A stretch of 64,000 bases of DNA from a virus, in the UHGV virus genome UHGV-0197549; one strand, written 5' to 3'. The first letter of the stretch is position 1; the number at the start of each line of letters is the position of its first letter. Below, in pieces: positions 28,141 through 38,086 of the stretch. The notes beneath the pieces were generated by a model. It made no database searches, was not told where the DNA came from, and saw only the letters and a program-made list of their open reading frames with translations. A program made the translations under genes and the position numbers.

Positions 28141-28167
28141 AAACTTCCAAATAGCACCTATATAGTT
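28141..28167. promoter_or_regulatory. copy 1 of the recurrent palindromic motif AAACTTCCAAATAGCACCTATAT
   Basis: Sequence match to the copies at 29715, 32469 and 59812. Confidence 0.5.
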
Positions 28168-28234
28168 ATAAGGGATAAAAAAAGGAAGACTTACCGCTAT
28201 GGCAGCCTTCCTTCCGGTTGGTTTTATCAAGCCG

Positions 28235-29056
28235 TTAATTACGCTTGAATAATGTTGACTTTCTTACAGCCTTTTTTCTTTCGATGAAGGCTTCGATCAT
28301 CCCTTTTCTTCTCAGGAAATACTTGATTCCTTTTGGTGTCACATAAACGGTCGGGCCGAACTCTGTGGTTGAACTGGGATAACGTGTCTCAAGTATCCGC
28401 ATTTGAGTTGATCTTCTCGTCGGGAAGTTGCGATCAGTTTCTCCTTTCTTATGCACGTAGCCGTTTTCACGGAAAAACTCATAGAGCTGATTTCTGCCGA
28501 TGTTGCATCCGTTGCTTACCAGGAAGTCTGAAAACATGGTAACCGGGATGCTGTCTGAATTGTGGCGAACGGATTTTCCAAATTCGGCATCGGGCGTGAG
28601 TTCTTCCACTTTAACCTCAAACTTTTTGGTTTCAGCTTCAAGCTCTTTATTCGTATTTTTCAGTTCGCTTATTTCTCCCGTCAGCGTATTATAGGCCTGT
28701 TCACTTATTGAAACCTTGCCTTCATTCAAAAGCTCTTCTATTCTGTCATCACACCAAACGGCAAAAGCAGGTGACAGCCATCGGGAAAAATTGATTACCA
28801 AGTCACGACGCATCCATGTACCAAACTCTTTACCGCCATTTACGACATTCAGGATGTCTGTCGGTATACTATTATGTGCCAAACACAATGCTTTAATATA
28901 CTCTTGAGCTTGTTTCGTTCTTAACCAGAGCGCCGGTCTTTTTTTTCGTCCAAAGGGTTTCGCCATTTCTGTGGCGTTAATCATCACACTCTCACCTTCT
29001 TTGTGGAATGTAATACTTGTGTTTTCATACTTGAGAATCACTCCGTCTGTAGTCAT
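28235..29056 (-). CDS. KilA-N domain protein (antirepressor-like) with C-terminal extension
   Basis: VMINATEMAKPFGRK...GGKEFGTWMRRDLVINFSRWLSPAFAVW matches the KilA-N pattern. Confidence 0.6.
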   Translation of the reverse strand: MTTDGVILKYENTSITFHKEGESVMINATEMAKPFGRKKRPALWLRTKQAQEYIKALCLAHNSIPTDILNVVNGGKEFGTWMRRDLVINFSRWLSPAFAVWCDDRIEELLNEGKVSISEQAYNTLTGEISELKNTNKELEAETKKFEVKVEELTPDAEFGKSVRHNSDSIPVTMFSDFLVSNGCNIGRNQLYEFFRENGYVHKKGETDRNFPTRRSTQMRILETRYPSSTTEFGPTVYVTPKGIKYFLRRKGMIEAFIERKKAVRKSTLFKRN

Positions 29057-29134
29057 AATAAAATTTATTTTGATGTTATACTATAGAATATGCGTTATGG
29101 GCGATAATACGCCCACAACTGTCAATCAATTAAT

Positions 29135-29344
29135 TTAGCTTTCTGAACCGGCAGTTTCTACTCTCTTGCCGATGCTGGCGTTCACATAGAAAAACAGTTT
29201 CTTGCCGTCGATGTAAGGGGTGTAAACCTCGAACCCGATTTGCTTTGCATACTTGCCAACTCCCGATTTGGTTGCCAGTTTCCCGGTTTCAAACTCGAAA
29301 TACTCTGCCATTTCCTCATACGTCATTCTTTTTTTCAGTTCCAT
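29135..29344 (-). CDS. small hypothetical protein (69 aa)
   Basis: ORF. Confidence 0.35.
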   Translation of the reverse strand: MELKKRMTYEEMAEYFEFETGKLATKSGVGKYAKQIGFEVYTPYIDGKKLFFYVNASIGKRVETAGSES

Positions 29345-29365
29345 TTTCTTCTTCTTTATTTAAGT

Positions 29366-29642
29366 TACTAATAAGGGTTTCTTAGGTATAGGAGTGCGGA
29401 TTATGGGAAAGTTGATTTTAGGTTGAACTTTATTGTTAATAAACACTAATGCTTTTGTTTGCCCGTTACACCTTCCACTATCTCTGATTCCACACCTATT
29501 ATTATATAGTGCTACCACTTTAGCTTCTTATTGCAAGTCATCCCTTACATCAGGTTGCTACTAAGTGTTTATCAGGTATAGGAAAGCGGGCTGCGGGAAA
29601 GTTGATTTACGGGTGAAGTTTTATAGTTAATAAATGCTAATG
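29366..29642. repeat. pair of imperfect ~90-bp direct repeats (29366-29452 and 29553-29642, ~78% identity)
   Basis: GGTATAGGAGTGCGG...GGGAAAGTTGATTT...GTTAATAAACACTAATG vs GGTATAGGAAAGCGGG...GGGAAAGTTGATTT...GTTAATAAATGCTAATG. Confidence 0.55.
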
Positions 29643-29714
29643 AAAATTAGGTACGGAGCCGGGAAGCTTACCGTGTCATTTTCAGAGGTGCTATTCCGAA
29701 TTAATCTTTTATCG

Positions 29715-29743
29715 AAACTTCCAAATAGCACCTATATGGAAGT
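29715..29743. promoter_or_regulatory. copy 2 (most complete) of the palindromic motif: AAACTTCCAAATAG-CACC-CTATATGGAAGT
   Basis: 11/12-bp inverted arms around CACC. Confidence 0.5.
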
Positions 29744-30679
29744 AACTTATATAGTGATGAGCTTTTATTTGTGCTGTGTATTCTTCTCTTTTGAGACACA
29801 CCGCAAACTTGTGAATGGTGCCAATTTTGAATTATTTATACATTTTCCCTGTTCTTGCTGTCAATACTGCAACAGGCAATTCTATATCAATATCCTATCA
29901 TTCCGGCTTATCGTCTCAATCTGGATTACTCTCGCCGCTTTCCCTCGTCGAAGATCAGAGCGAATACGGTTGGTTTCGGTTGGATACATTCAAGCTTTCC
30001 CGGTCGATTTCCTGCGTTTTTAGGGGGCGGCGCTTTAAAGGGTGAAACTGATGCTTAGTTGCTCTTGGAATCCTCCAGAATCTTACTTTTGGGGAGTATT
30101 TCTTTCGGGTATTGATAATGGAATCTCATTTAATTCTCTGAAAATAAGCCTTGTATTCTTGCTTTTGCGGATTCTTTTCAATATCTTTGCTTCCACTTCG
30201 AGGACATAAGCCTTTATGCCCTTAAATTGTCGCATTCTCTATTCAACTATTTTAAAGCTCACATTTCAACTTTACACCCTGGGTGGATAACTTTATCGTT
30301 TCGTGGATTAAAATTCAACCACGGACTTTAAAAGTGGCAAATTCGGCATATTAATCTCCATTTATGCTTCCTGTGTTTTCTACTTACCCTTAAATCCACT
30401 TTTTTGCTTCATATCGGGACTTTCTCCGGTTATACCTAACGGATGGTTTGGTGTCTTATAGCGCCCCTAACGATTATCTTCGGGGTACTTGCCGGGATTT
30501 TATGCTTCAATACCCTTTGTTGCAGGTATGTGTCATGGCTTCAATCATAAACGTAATCCTTTCAGAACAGGCTGGCATAACCCCAGTAATATGCCAATAC
30601 TCTAAGAACCTCCTAATATCCCTTAATACCCTTAAATATTAAACGAAAATACGCGGAGCGTATTTTCCAAAGAGCGGAT

Positions 30680-30716
30680 TGGGTAATTAAACGAGCTTTA
30701 GCGAGTTTAATTACCC
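30680..30716. repeat. perfect 12-bp inverted repeat GGGTAATTAAAC-13 nt-GTTTAATTACCC
   Basis: Seen directly in the gene-poor region. Confidence 0.5.
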
Positions 30717-31245
30717 AAGTAGCCAAAGACAACACATAGCCTCATTCTTTTTATTATTATATATATACATCGCATCCTTCCTTTTGTTTCAAACGGGTCA
30801 AAAAGTACCTGAAATGTGAAGGTTAAGAACCTAATTTCCCAGTAAATCTCTTTTCTTTTTTCTTCCTCCAAAAGAGCAGAACAAAGGGTAAAAGGGTTTT
30901 GAAGGTAAGGGTGATAATAACAGTTCCTTCCAGTTAACTCCTGTTTTTTTAGTATTGCTACCTTAACCTTCAGTAATTCAAAATAATGAGGTAAAGTTCT
31001 GGTATTCCAAGTAGCCTTGAAGTGACATTATTGCCCCTTTAAGAACATCAAAGCGCCGATAGGATTCCCCTTCCTCCCAGCTAAAACCACTAATTCGTCT
31101 TTTTGCAAGAAAAGGCGAGAAAATATAGCCGCGCCCCTGCCTCTCTCATGCCCTCATAGTCTGAAAAGCAAAAGGGGCGCCCTGCAAGCTTCAACCTGTC
31201 AGGACACCCCTTAAAAAGAGTCTTAACCCCAATAGTTACGGTTTA

Positions 31246-32151
31246 TTATTCATCTTCCTCTTCAGCCGGTAGCTCGGAAAAGGGAAATTCCATCCCGCTA
31301 TAATGGTTTCCATATTCCTCCAACGCTTCAAAATGCCAGTGTCTTACATCCCAAAGCGTCCGGTTCCCTTTGACGATAAGCCAGTCAAAGTATTCCTTCA
31401 ACGCCTTGTAGTTGTAGGTAGCGCCGCAAACTTTTACGAGATTGCTATATCCAGCGTAACTGTGCTTATAAATAGTCCCGGCAGTATCATCCGTAGTTTT
31501 CATTATAAGGTGCAGGCGGTGCAAATTATTTACAGCTTTATCAAAAGCATCCGGTTCCATGTTCGTCTTGTCCAAGAAATCCCGCTTCGTCCGGAAACTA
31601 CAAATGCTGTATTTGGCCAGGTATTCAATCTCAAAGATGTGCATCAACAGGCAAATCTCATCGGGTGTCAGCAAGTAAGAGAAACCCGGGTAGAACTTCA
31701 CGTATGGAGCCTCTGAATAATTCGATTTGGAATACCCCTTGACTGTGGAAATCTCATAATCGCTAACATCCCGTATCAAACGTCCTTCAGCTTTCAACTT
31801 TGTCAGGAAATCCTTGATGCGGTCATAATGAATCGTGGCAGCACAGACTTTGAGTAACTTCCTGTATGCCATCTGATTCAGCGTATATGTTAAACCATTT
31901 CCGTTTATTCTTCTTGTAACTTTTAACAGTCCCAGTGTTTCCAATTCAGTTACACATCTGTTGAATTGTTTCACTTTCATATTCATTCTGCGGACATATT
32001 CCCCTTTGAACCACCGGTGGGTATTGTAGTTCCCTTTGCGCAAGAACTCAATATCTGCCATGTGCATCATAAAATAAACGGCCTCGTTGCTCATCAAATA
32101 AGCAAATTTGGGATAGCCTTTTATAAAACGTATTGTTTTTTCTGTTGTCAT
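31246..32151 (-). CDS. protein with an internally duplicated ~150-aa module (tandem winged-helix-like; replication-initiator/DNA-binding candidate)
   Basis: Two homologous halves: FAYLMSNEAVYFMMHMADIEFLRKG... and FSYLLTPDEICLLMHIFEIEYLAKY... Confidence 0.45.
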   Translation of the reverse strand: MTTEKTIRFIKGYPKFAYLMSNEAVYFMMHMADIEFLRKGNYNTHRWFKGEYVRRMNMKVKQFNRCVTELETLGLLKVTRRINGNGLTYTLNQMAYRKLLKVCAATIHYDRIKDFLTKLKAEGRLIRDVSDYEISTVKGYSKSNYSEAPYVKFYPGFSYLLTPDEICLLMHIFEIEYLAKYSICSFRTKRDFLDKTNMEPDAFDKAVNNLHRLHLIMKTTDDTAGTIYKHSYAGYSNLVKVCGATYNYKALKEYFDWLIVKGNRTLWDVRHWHFEALEEYGNHYSGMEFPFSELPAEEEDE

Positions 32152-32204
32152 TTTCTTATTGTCATTTAATTAAGTTTGAAACCATGTTATTCGTTTTTAG
32201 TTAT

Positions 32205-32426
32205 TTAGATTTCCTTCCTTTTGGTTCTGATTAAGTGCGACTGCCTGATTATTGCCCGTCTGGTAGGAATGCAGCTTCCTTCACCCAACCCCGAATGAAG
32301 TAATGTACTTTCCTTTATACCGACAATATTCTCATCCAGCGTATCATAAATAGCGGATATGCTGCCGAAATAATAATCCCGCTTCTCAAAAATCAGATGC
32401 ACGTGTATGACCTTTATTATCCTCAT
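32205..32426 (-). CDS. small hypothetical protein (73 aa)
   Basis: ORF; palindromic motif copy 3 lies ~45 bp upstream. Confidence 0.35.
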   Translation of the reverse strand: MRIIKVIHVHLIFEKRDYYFGSISAIYDTLDENIVGIKESTLLHSGLGEGSCIPTRRAIIRQSHLIRTKRKEI

Positions 32427-32468
32427 CTTTTCTTGATTGAGCAGCTAATTGGAAAAAATATTTTCGCG

Positions 32469-32493
32469 AAACTTCCAAATAGCAGCTATTTGG
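32469..32493. promoter_or_regulatory. copy 3 of the palindromic motif (AAACTTCCAAATAGC-A-GCTATTTGG)
   Basis: 9-bp perfect arms. Confidence 0.5.
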
Positions 32494-32833
32494 TGATTTC
32501 CCCTCTCATTATCTCCTTAACTCTGGCACCACACCATTCACCCGCTTCGGGAGAGAGCCACGCGGCATACGCCACCGCCACTTCCGAATACATCCACGTA
32601 CCGTTAATGACACCGCCCCGGCGTACGATGACAAGCGATTCCATGCGTATCCTCCTTGTTCCGGAAACCTGCCTGACAAGCTCCTTCGCCTTTTGGGTAG
32701 CCAGCCAGCGGCACGGTTGCCAGGCTCTGCCGAAGGTTTTGCCTATTTCACTGACGCATACCAGCACGGTTCTTTCACCGACCACCATCGGGACCCGTGT
32801 CCCGTTGAAGTCCAATATCCTTAGTTCAGCCAT
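32486..32833 (-). CDS. KilA-N domain protein
   Basis: VLVCVSEIGKTFGRA...GGVINGTWMYSEVAVAYAAWLSPEAGEW. Confidence 0.6.
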   Translation of the reverse strand: MAELRILDFNGTRVPMVVGERTVLVCVSEIGKTFGRAWQPCRWLATQKAKELVRQVSGTRRIRMESLVIVRRGGVINGTWMYSEVAVAYAAWLSPEAGEWCGARVKEIMRGEITK

Positions 32834-32836
32834 GGT

Positions 32837-33190
32837 CTAATCACATGATATGGTTCCGTCACTGATAAGTTCGTTCAGCTTTTCCGCGAACCAGTTCGCC
32901 AATCTTTCGTTTGCCCATCTCAGGTATTCCATCGCCACAAAGGCTTCGAGCCATAGTTCGATTGACCCGTCCACCTTGCGTACCTCATGAATGAGCTTGT
33001 CCGGCCTGCATCCCATCTGTTTGCAGGTAAGGTCAAGAAATTCCTTCACGCTTCTCTTGTTCATCCATACTTTCGGCTGCACATCCTTTCTTAATGATTC
33101 AGCCACCTTTGCCACGTCCAGCATCAGCTTGTTATCTTCGATGTCCATTTCAAAACGGACACCGTTGTCTTCTATCAAATTCAGTTTCAT
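32837..33190 (-). CDS. hypothetical protein (117 aa)
   Basis: ORF; 4-bp spacing to the next gene. Confidence 0.4.
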   Translation of the reverse strand: MKLNLIEDNGVRFEMDIEDNKLMLDVAKVAESLRKDVQPKVWMNKRSVKEFLDLTCKQMGCRPDKLIHEVRKVDGSIELWLEAFVAMEYLRWANERLANWFAEKLNELISDGTISCD

Positions 33191-33260
33191 ATTCCTATAT
33201 ATATAATGTGTTGATAATAGGATACCCCGCAGCCCTTAAAAGACCACAGGGTACCCTTGT

Positions 33261-33728
33261 TTATTTCCCGATGATGCCGAACTTATCGAATATCCTTAAA
33301 ATCAAGGGTACATTCTTCCCGTTCAGCCATTCACGGGCTACGTTCCAGGCAAGCGACTTTGAAAAGTCGAAGCTCTCTTCCGTCAGGGTATGATGGGAAA
33401 GCCGCCCTTCCGTCGGCTTGAGTCCCCGGTCATGCAATTCACAAAGCCCGTCCTGAAAGAAGACACAGCCGTCTGAGGTATGTATCACCTGTACCATGGG
33501 AATGGGAAACGGCAACTTTCCCACTGCCATTCCCACGCACCATGCGGTCACTGCCAGCTTGTCCTCATATCCGGCTTCGATCAGCGCCCAGATGTCCTGC
33601 GGCGTACCCAGGCATGGAGCACGCTTGCATTGGTTCCGGCAGGAAGCGCAGCGGCAAGCCACGGGTTCACGTCCGGTTATCCGGATGATTTTCTCCGTCG
33701 TTGTTTCCGATATATCATTCATAGCCAT
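33261..33728 (-). CDS. hypothetical Cys-rich protein (155 aa)
   Basis: CRCASCRNQCKRAPC. Confidence 0.4.
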   Translation of the reverse strand: MAMNDISETTTEKIIRITGREPVACRCASCRNQCKRAPCLGTPQDIWALIEAGYEDKLAVTAWCVGMAVGKLPFPIPMVQVIHTSDGCVFFQDGLCELHDRGLKPTEGRLSHHTLTEESFDFSKSLAWNVAREWLNGKNVPLILRIFDKFGIIGK

Positions 33729-34844
33729 TTATTTAAGATGTTTCCTGTTCCAAAGCTCGATGATAAACTCCCGTCCGTCCTGTGTCCAGCGGCGTGCACC
33801 ACCCATCTTGTACGACTTACCCTTGGCATTCGTCCAATAGTACGGTACTTCACACTGGAGTGCGGAGTGGAACCCCGGTACTACCCATTGTCCTTTCTCC
33901 TTGCGGATAATCCCTTCATCCTCAAGGAACCGGTTGAGCATACTGGGTGTCACCTGCAACTCATCGGCAATAGTAGTTGTCTTGAACCAGTCACGGTCTT
34001 CGATGAAACGGTTGTAGAACTCCACCTTGTGCCGGCTCTCCGCCAGTTGTTTCTGCTGGTTGGCAGCGAGCAACAGGGCTTCCTCGAAAGTCTTTGGAAC
34101 CGGGAAGTTCTCCGCAGGCACATCGGTCTGTTCACCATGTGGATGATGAGCGGACGGTGCTTCATGCAGTGAAACGGCTCCATGTGTCATCAGGTCACCG
34201 ATACGCTCGTTGCACCAGATAGAGAACTCCGGGGATAGCTCCCGGGCATATTCGACGGCCAGCTCTTCCTGCATCCATGTCCCGCCGGCTGTTCCCCGGT
34301 TGGTAATCACCTGTTCATCCAGAGAAACTGACTTCCCTTCATTGACAAGGGAGTGGCGGAAGCGTTTCGTGGAAGCCTTATGCAACCATTCAGCCGGCTG
34401 TACGTCGAAGCATCTTGCCATGTTGGTGGCATTTATCATCGCCTTGCCGTTCGCCGTCTTGAAGGTTACCGGGTGATCCCCGTAGTTGAACACCACCGGC
34501 ACCTCTTTCAGAACAGCTTCGATATCACTGTTCAGTCTGCCTGCCCATGTCTCCAGTTCCCCGCAAAGCTTTCTCATCTGCGAGTTTTCCTTCTTCACCA
34601 GATGCACGAGCTTGCGTATGTCACGGGGGACGATAGCCCACAGCGGCTTGACACCCGTCAGGAAGACAATCTTCGTAGCGGACGGGCACAGGCTCATTGC
34701 CTCCTTCGTCTCCATCATAACGGGACGCTTGATAATCTTGCACAGGTCATACAGGCAAAGCCAGACACGCCCGTCTTCTCTCGTTATTCTGACGGGGCGG
34801 TTTTTGAACTCAACCTCGTCGTATTTCAGTTGTTTGTCATTCAT
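33729..34844 (-). CDS. Bro-N plus KilA-N domain antirepressor-like protein
   Basis: N-terminal NRPVRITREDGRVWLCLYDLCKII (Bro-N-like); central VVFNYGDHPVTFKTANGKAMINATNMARCF...GGTWMQEELAVEYARELSPEFSIW (KilA-N). Confidence 0.65.
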   Translation of the reverse strand: MNDKQLKYDEVEFKNRPVRITREDGRVWLCLYDLCKIIKRPVMMETKEAMSLCPSATKIVFLTGVKPLWAIVPRDIRKLVHLVKKENSQMRKLCGELETWAGRLNSDIEAVLKEVPVVFNYGDHPVTFKTANGKAMINATNMARCFDVQPAEWLHKASTKRFRHSLVNEGKSVSLDEQVITNRGTAGGTWMQEELAVEYARELSPEFSIWCNERIGDLMTHGAVSLHEAPSAHHPHGEQTDVPAENFPVPKTFEEALLLAANQQKQLAESRHKVEFYNRFIEDRDWFKTTTIADELQVTPSMLNRFLEDEGIIRKEKGQWVVPGFHSALQCEVPYYWTNAKGKSYKMGGARRWTQDGREFIIELWNRKHLK

Positions 34845-35200
34845 TTCTTTTGTCCTTTCTTCTTTGGTTTGGGGGGATTTAGTTTATCTGCAATGGCCTG
34901 ATATTTTTTCGCCATCACTTTACGGCTGTGATAAGTTCTTTTCTCACCGCACAGTTTGTCATACTCGGTCAGCCTAAGATTATTCCAGTCTTCCTCTTCC
35001 AGCTTGACGTTACTGTTTTCGCGTCTGTAATAAAAACCTCCTGCGGAGATATACTTGCCTGAACAGGCGAACGAAACTGACTGTGGCTTGACGAAACTTA
35101 ATTTGGACGCAGCCTGCATGGAGCCGACTCTGGACACAAATCTTCCGGTCCCGTCGAAAATCAGCACTCTTTGAGCAGACTTAAACGAGTTATTACTCAT
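34841..35200 (-). CDS. small protein resembling the C-terminal DNA-binding module of HNH/GIY-YIG homing endonucleases (NUMOD-like); no nuclease domain
   Basis: RVGSMQAASKLSFVKPQSVSFACSGKYISAGGFYYRRE (cf. SISEAARALGIS...ISKVC.GKRKTAGGFHWEY). Confidence 0.4.
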   Translation of the reverse strand: MSNNSFKSAQRVLIFDGTGRFVSRVGSMQAASKLSFVKPQSVSFACSGKYISAGGFYYRRENSNVKLEEEDWNNLRLTEYDKLCGEKRTYHSRKVMAKKYQAIADKLNPPKPKKKGQKK

Positions 35201-35216
35201 TTTCTTTTCTATTAAA

Positions 35217-35633
35217 TTATAGTTGTTCCTTCGATAATCGGTCCTTAGCCATCAGGATTAAGAAGGTATCCGATAGGACGATACCCCTGAGTAACATGTC
35301 TGACATACGCTCCATCATATACACCCCGAAGGCGGGGTCGATGTAAGCGACGAACAGCAGGGCTAAGGCATAATCAATTAATTGGTGCCCGTTCGGGGCG
35401 GTGATGAACATATCTTCATCGGAAAGTGAATATGCGTCACGGACGGCATCAATCCAATGTGCGAACGCCATCCTGAAACCTTGTACGGAGTGTACGCCGG
35501 GATCGCCTTTGTTCTTGATGTAAAGAAACGCGTCAAAATACTCGCATCCGTCTCCCCGCACCGTAAACAACAGTTCGGGAAATTCCCGGTAGCGAATTTC
35601 ATACCGGGAAAAGTCTGATTTTACATTACTCAT
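35217..35633 (-). CDS. hypothetical protein (138 aa)
   Basis: ORF. Confidence 0.4.
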   Translation of the reverse strand: MSNVKSDFSRYEIRYREFPELLFTVRGDGCEYFDAFLYIKNKGDPGVHSVQGFRMAFAHWIDAVRDAYSLSDEDMFITAPNGHQLIDYALALLFVAYIDPAFGVYMMERMSDMLLRGIVLSDTFLILMAKDRLSKEQL

Positions 35634-35897
35634 AATTGTTAAAATTATTATTAAAAAATAACATCCTACAAATATATCTCTTTACCCGCTAAAAAAATCA
35701 CCTTATAAATTGCCGGATTCTGATTACAAAGGTATTTTAAGCGATATTTCCGGACTTTCAAACGCCATTTTCACATCTTATTTACTGTAAATATTATTTT
35801 TCACTTAAAACATTGATTTACCTGTCGTATTTACGAAATCTGCCTATCAATACTCATTTTGTAAAGAAAACTTTCAAAACGGTTCTTCCCCTATACC

Positions 35898-37238
35898 TTG
35901 TTAAATAACTCTAAATCTATGCATGTAAACACAGAAGGCTCGTTTAACCGCGAGTTATTGGAAAGCATCTTCCGCACCTCGAAGAAAACCATTCAGGAAT
36001 ATGTGCGCGAAATCGAGCGCAACAACCGGTACAAGTCCGTCCGGGGAAACGTGGTGCAGGGCACGGTGCTGGATGACCGCAGTCGTTTGATTGACCTTTA
36101 CGACGCCTGCCTGCAACAGGACGCCCATATCCGCTCGGTACTGGAAACGCTGGAGTCGCAAATCCTCGGCGACCGCTATATGCTGGCCCGCATGAATGAA
36201 AAAGGAAAGTACGTCAAGGACGTGGAAGAGACACGTAAAATCCAGGGCACCCAGTTCGACAAGATCATCCGGGGCATCGTGGAAGCCAAACTCTACGGCT
36301 ACACCTTGCTTGAAATCATGCCGGAGGTTGATTCCCGCACGGGAAAGCTGGCGGAGGTGAACATCGTCGAGAGACGTAATGTGCTTCCGGAGCAACGTAC
36401 GGTCGTCAAGCGCCAGGGTATCTGGCTCCCGAACTGGAACCTGGACTCCAAGACCTACCGGAGAAACTACATCCTTATCAACTCCGGGGATTTAGGGCTG
36501 TTCTCGGCAACTACGCCCCTGATACTTGCCAAGAAGTTCACCGTGGCGAACTACGTGAATTTCAGCCACACCTACGGGCAGCCTATCATTGTAGGAAAGA
36601 GTGTGTCGGAAAGCAACACCGACCGCAAGAGGCTTGCGAATGAGATAGCCAATGCCGCCCAGAACAAGGTCGTCGTTACAGGGTTGGAAGACGAAATCGA
36701 AATCAAGGCTTTCACCATGTCCAACTCAGAGAAGATTTACACCAGCCTGATTGAGTTTGTCAATAAAGAGGTAGCCAATCTAATTCTGGGTTCTGAATCC
36801 ATGGCGGGCGGGATGCAGAGCTATGTCGGTTCCACCAAGGCGCATCAGGATATTTTCCGGGAGCGCATCGAGGTATACCGCCGCTACATCGAAAACATAT
36901 TCAACGAAGAGGTGTTGCCGCGCCTGGTGGCAATGGGCTATATCAGGGACGGACTGGAGTTCAAGTACTCCAACCGCATCGAGATGAACAATGAGGACCG
37001 TATCAAGCTCTACGGGCTGATTACCGACAAGTACGAGGTGGCTCCGGACGAAATAGAGAAAGAGTTCGGCATCATCGTGGGCAAACAACTGAACCTGCTG
37101 GAAATGGATATGGGAATGGACAAGGAGAAGAAAGGCAATACCCACGACAGGCACATCATGTCCGAGGAAGAGTATTATCGCAGGTACGGTCACGGGCGGA
37201 GCAGCAACGTGGCGTCTTTTCTGATGGGGAGCGACTAA
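35898..37238 (+). CDS. phage portal protein (Mu gp29/DUF935-like)
   Basis: 446 aa; first gene of the head module, directly followed by an F-like gene as in Mu-like phages. Confidence 0.6.
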   Translation: MLNNSKSMHVNTEGSFNRELLESIFRTSKKTIQEYVREIERNNRYKSVRGNVVQGTVLDDRSRLIDLYDACLQQDAHIRSVLETLESQILGDRYMLARMNEKGKYVKDVEETRKIQGTQFDKIIRGIVEAKLYGYTLLEIMPEVDSRTGKLAEVNIVERRNVLPEQRTVVKRQGIWLPNWNLDSKTYRRNYILINSGDLGLFSATTPLILAKKFTVANYVNFSHTYGQPIIVGKSVSESNTDRKRLANEIANAAQNKVVVTGLEDEIEIKAFTMSNSEKIYTSLIEFVNKEVANLILGSESMAGGMQSYVGSTKAHQDIFRERIEVYRRYIENIFNEEVLPRLVAMGYIRDGLEFKYSNRIEMNNEDRIKLYGLITDKYEVAPDEIEKEFGIIVGKQLNLLEMDMGMDKEKKGNTHDRHIMSEEEYYRRYGHGRSSNVASFLMGSD

Positions 37239-37258
37239 GCGGGAACCCGCTCCCCGAC

Positions 37259-38086
37259 ATGGAGAACGTATCCGCCGCCCGGACCCGGTTGAAAGAAGAC
37301 GGGGCAAAGGAGGAATACCCGCTTGTCCTTGCCGCCTTCCGCCGCCTGATGGACTCGCTGGAAGACAGCGCCGAATCATGGCATATCATGGAAGAAATCA
37401 TCCTACTGCGTACCGCTTCCCTTTATTCCCGTGTACTGGAAGGTCTGAAAATGGACTTTGACACAGCGCTGGAACTATTGAGGAACCATAACGACTTCAC
37501 CACTTTACGGGAAAAAGAGGAACGGGACATATTGGTAGCCGCCATCGACAACCTCGTGGAGTTTGCCGCCGCAGAAGAATATGCCATGATGGATGATGTC
37601 CGGGAACATTCGGAAGATGAAGGCTTTGAGGATTACGAAGGCATCTGTGAAAAGTATAACCTGACGTATGGGGAAACGGAAAACGAACAGGTGTTGTATG
37701 CCGCCGGGATAACCGGATGGTGGATAAACCGGTCTTCCGATACATTGATTACCTATATGACACAGGGTGACGAGCGTGTAAGGGACTCTCATCAGGCCCT
37801 CGAAGGACTTACCTTCACTAAAAGCAACTTCCCTTCAGACCTTATCCCGCCTATTGACTGGAGATGCCGGTGCTACCTGCTTTCAGACGGTAATGAAGCT
37901 TTCATTTCCGCTTCCCTGAAAACTGATTACCGAAAGAAGGTGAATCCGGTCTTTGCGGAAAGCCTGGCGATGAAAGGCAGAATCTTCTCGGAAGCCCACC
38001 CTTATTTTACTTCCGCCTTCAGAAAGAACCGGAAGGTGCAGACAATCATACGAAAACTAAAAAACAAACTCCTATGTCGGAAATAA
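37259..38086 (+). CDS. phage head morphogenesis protein (Mu F / SPP1 gp7 family)
   Basis: YMTQGDERVRDSHQALEGLTF matches the family signature (DERVR.SH). Confidence 0.7.
   Translation: MENVSAARTRLKEDGAKEEYPLVLAAFRRLMDSLEDSAESWHIMEEIILLRTASLYSRVLEGLKMDFDTALELLRNHNDFTTLREKEERDILVAAIDNLVEFAAAEEYAMMDDVREHSEDEGFEDYEGICEKYNLTYGETENEQVLYAAGITGWWINRSSDTLITYMTQGDERVRDSHQALEGLTFTKSNFPSDLIPPIDWRCRCYLLSDGNEAFISASLKTDYRKKVNPVFAESLAMKGRIFSEAHPYFTSAFRKNRKVQTIIRKLKNKLLCRK

Noticed and set aside
29634-30058. Plus-strand ORFs (129, 76, 67 aa) in the gene-poor region
   Set aside because: They run against the strand of every gene in the 30-kb block, are Cys/Phe-rich and low-complexity, and one start codon is simply supplied by the second copy of the 90-bp direct repeat.
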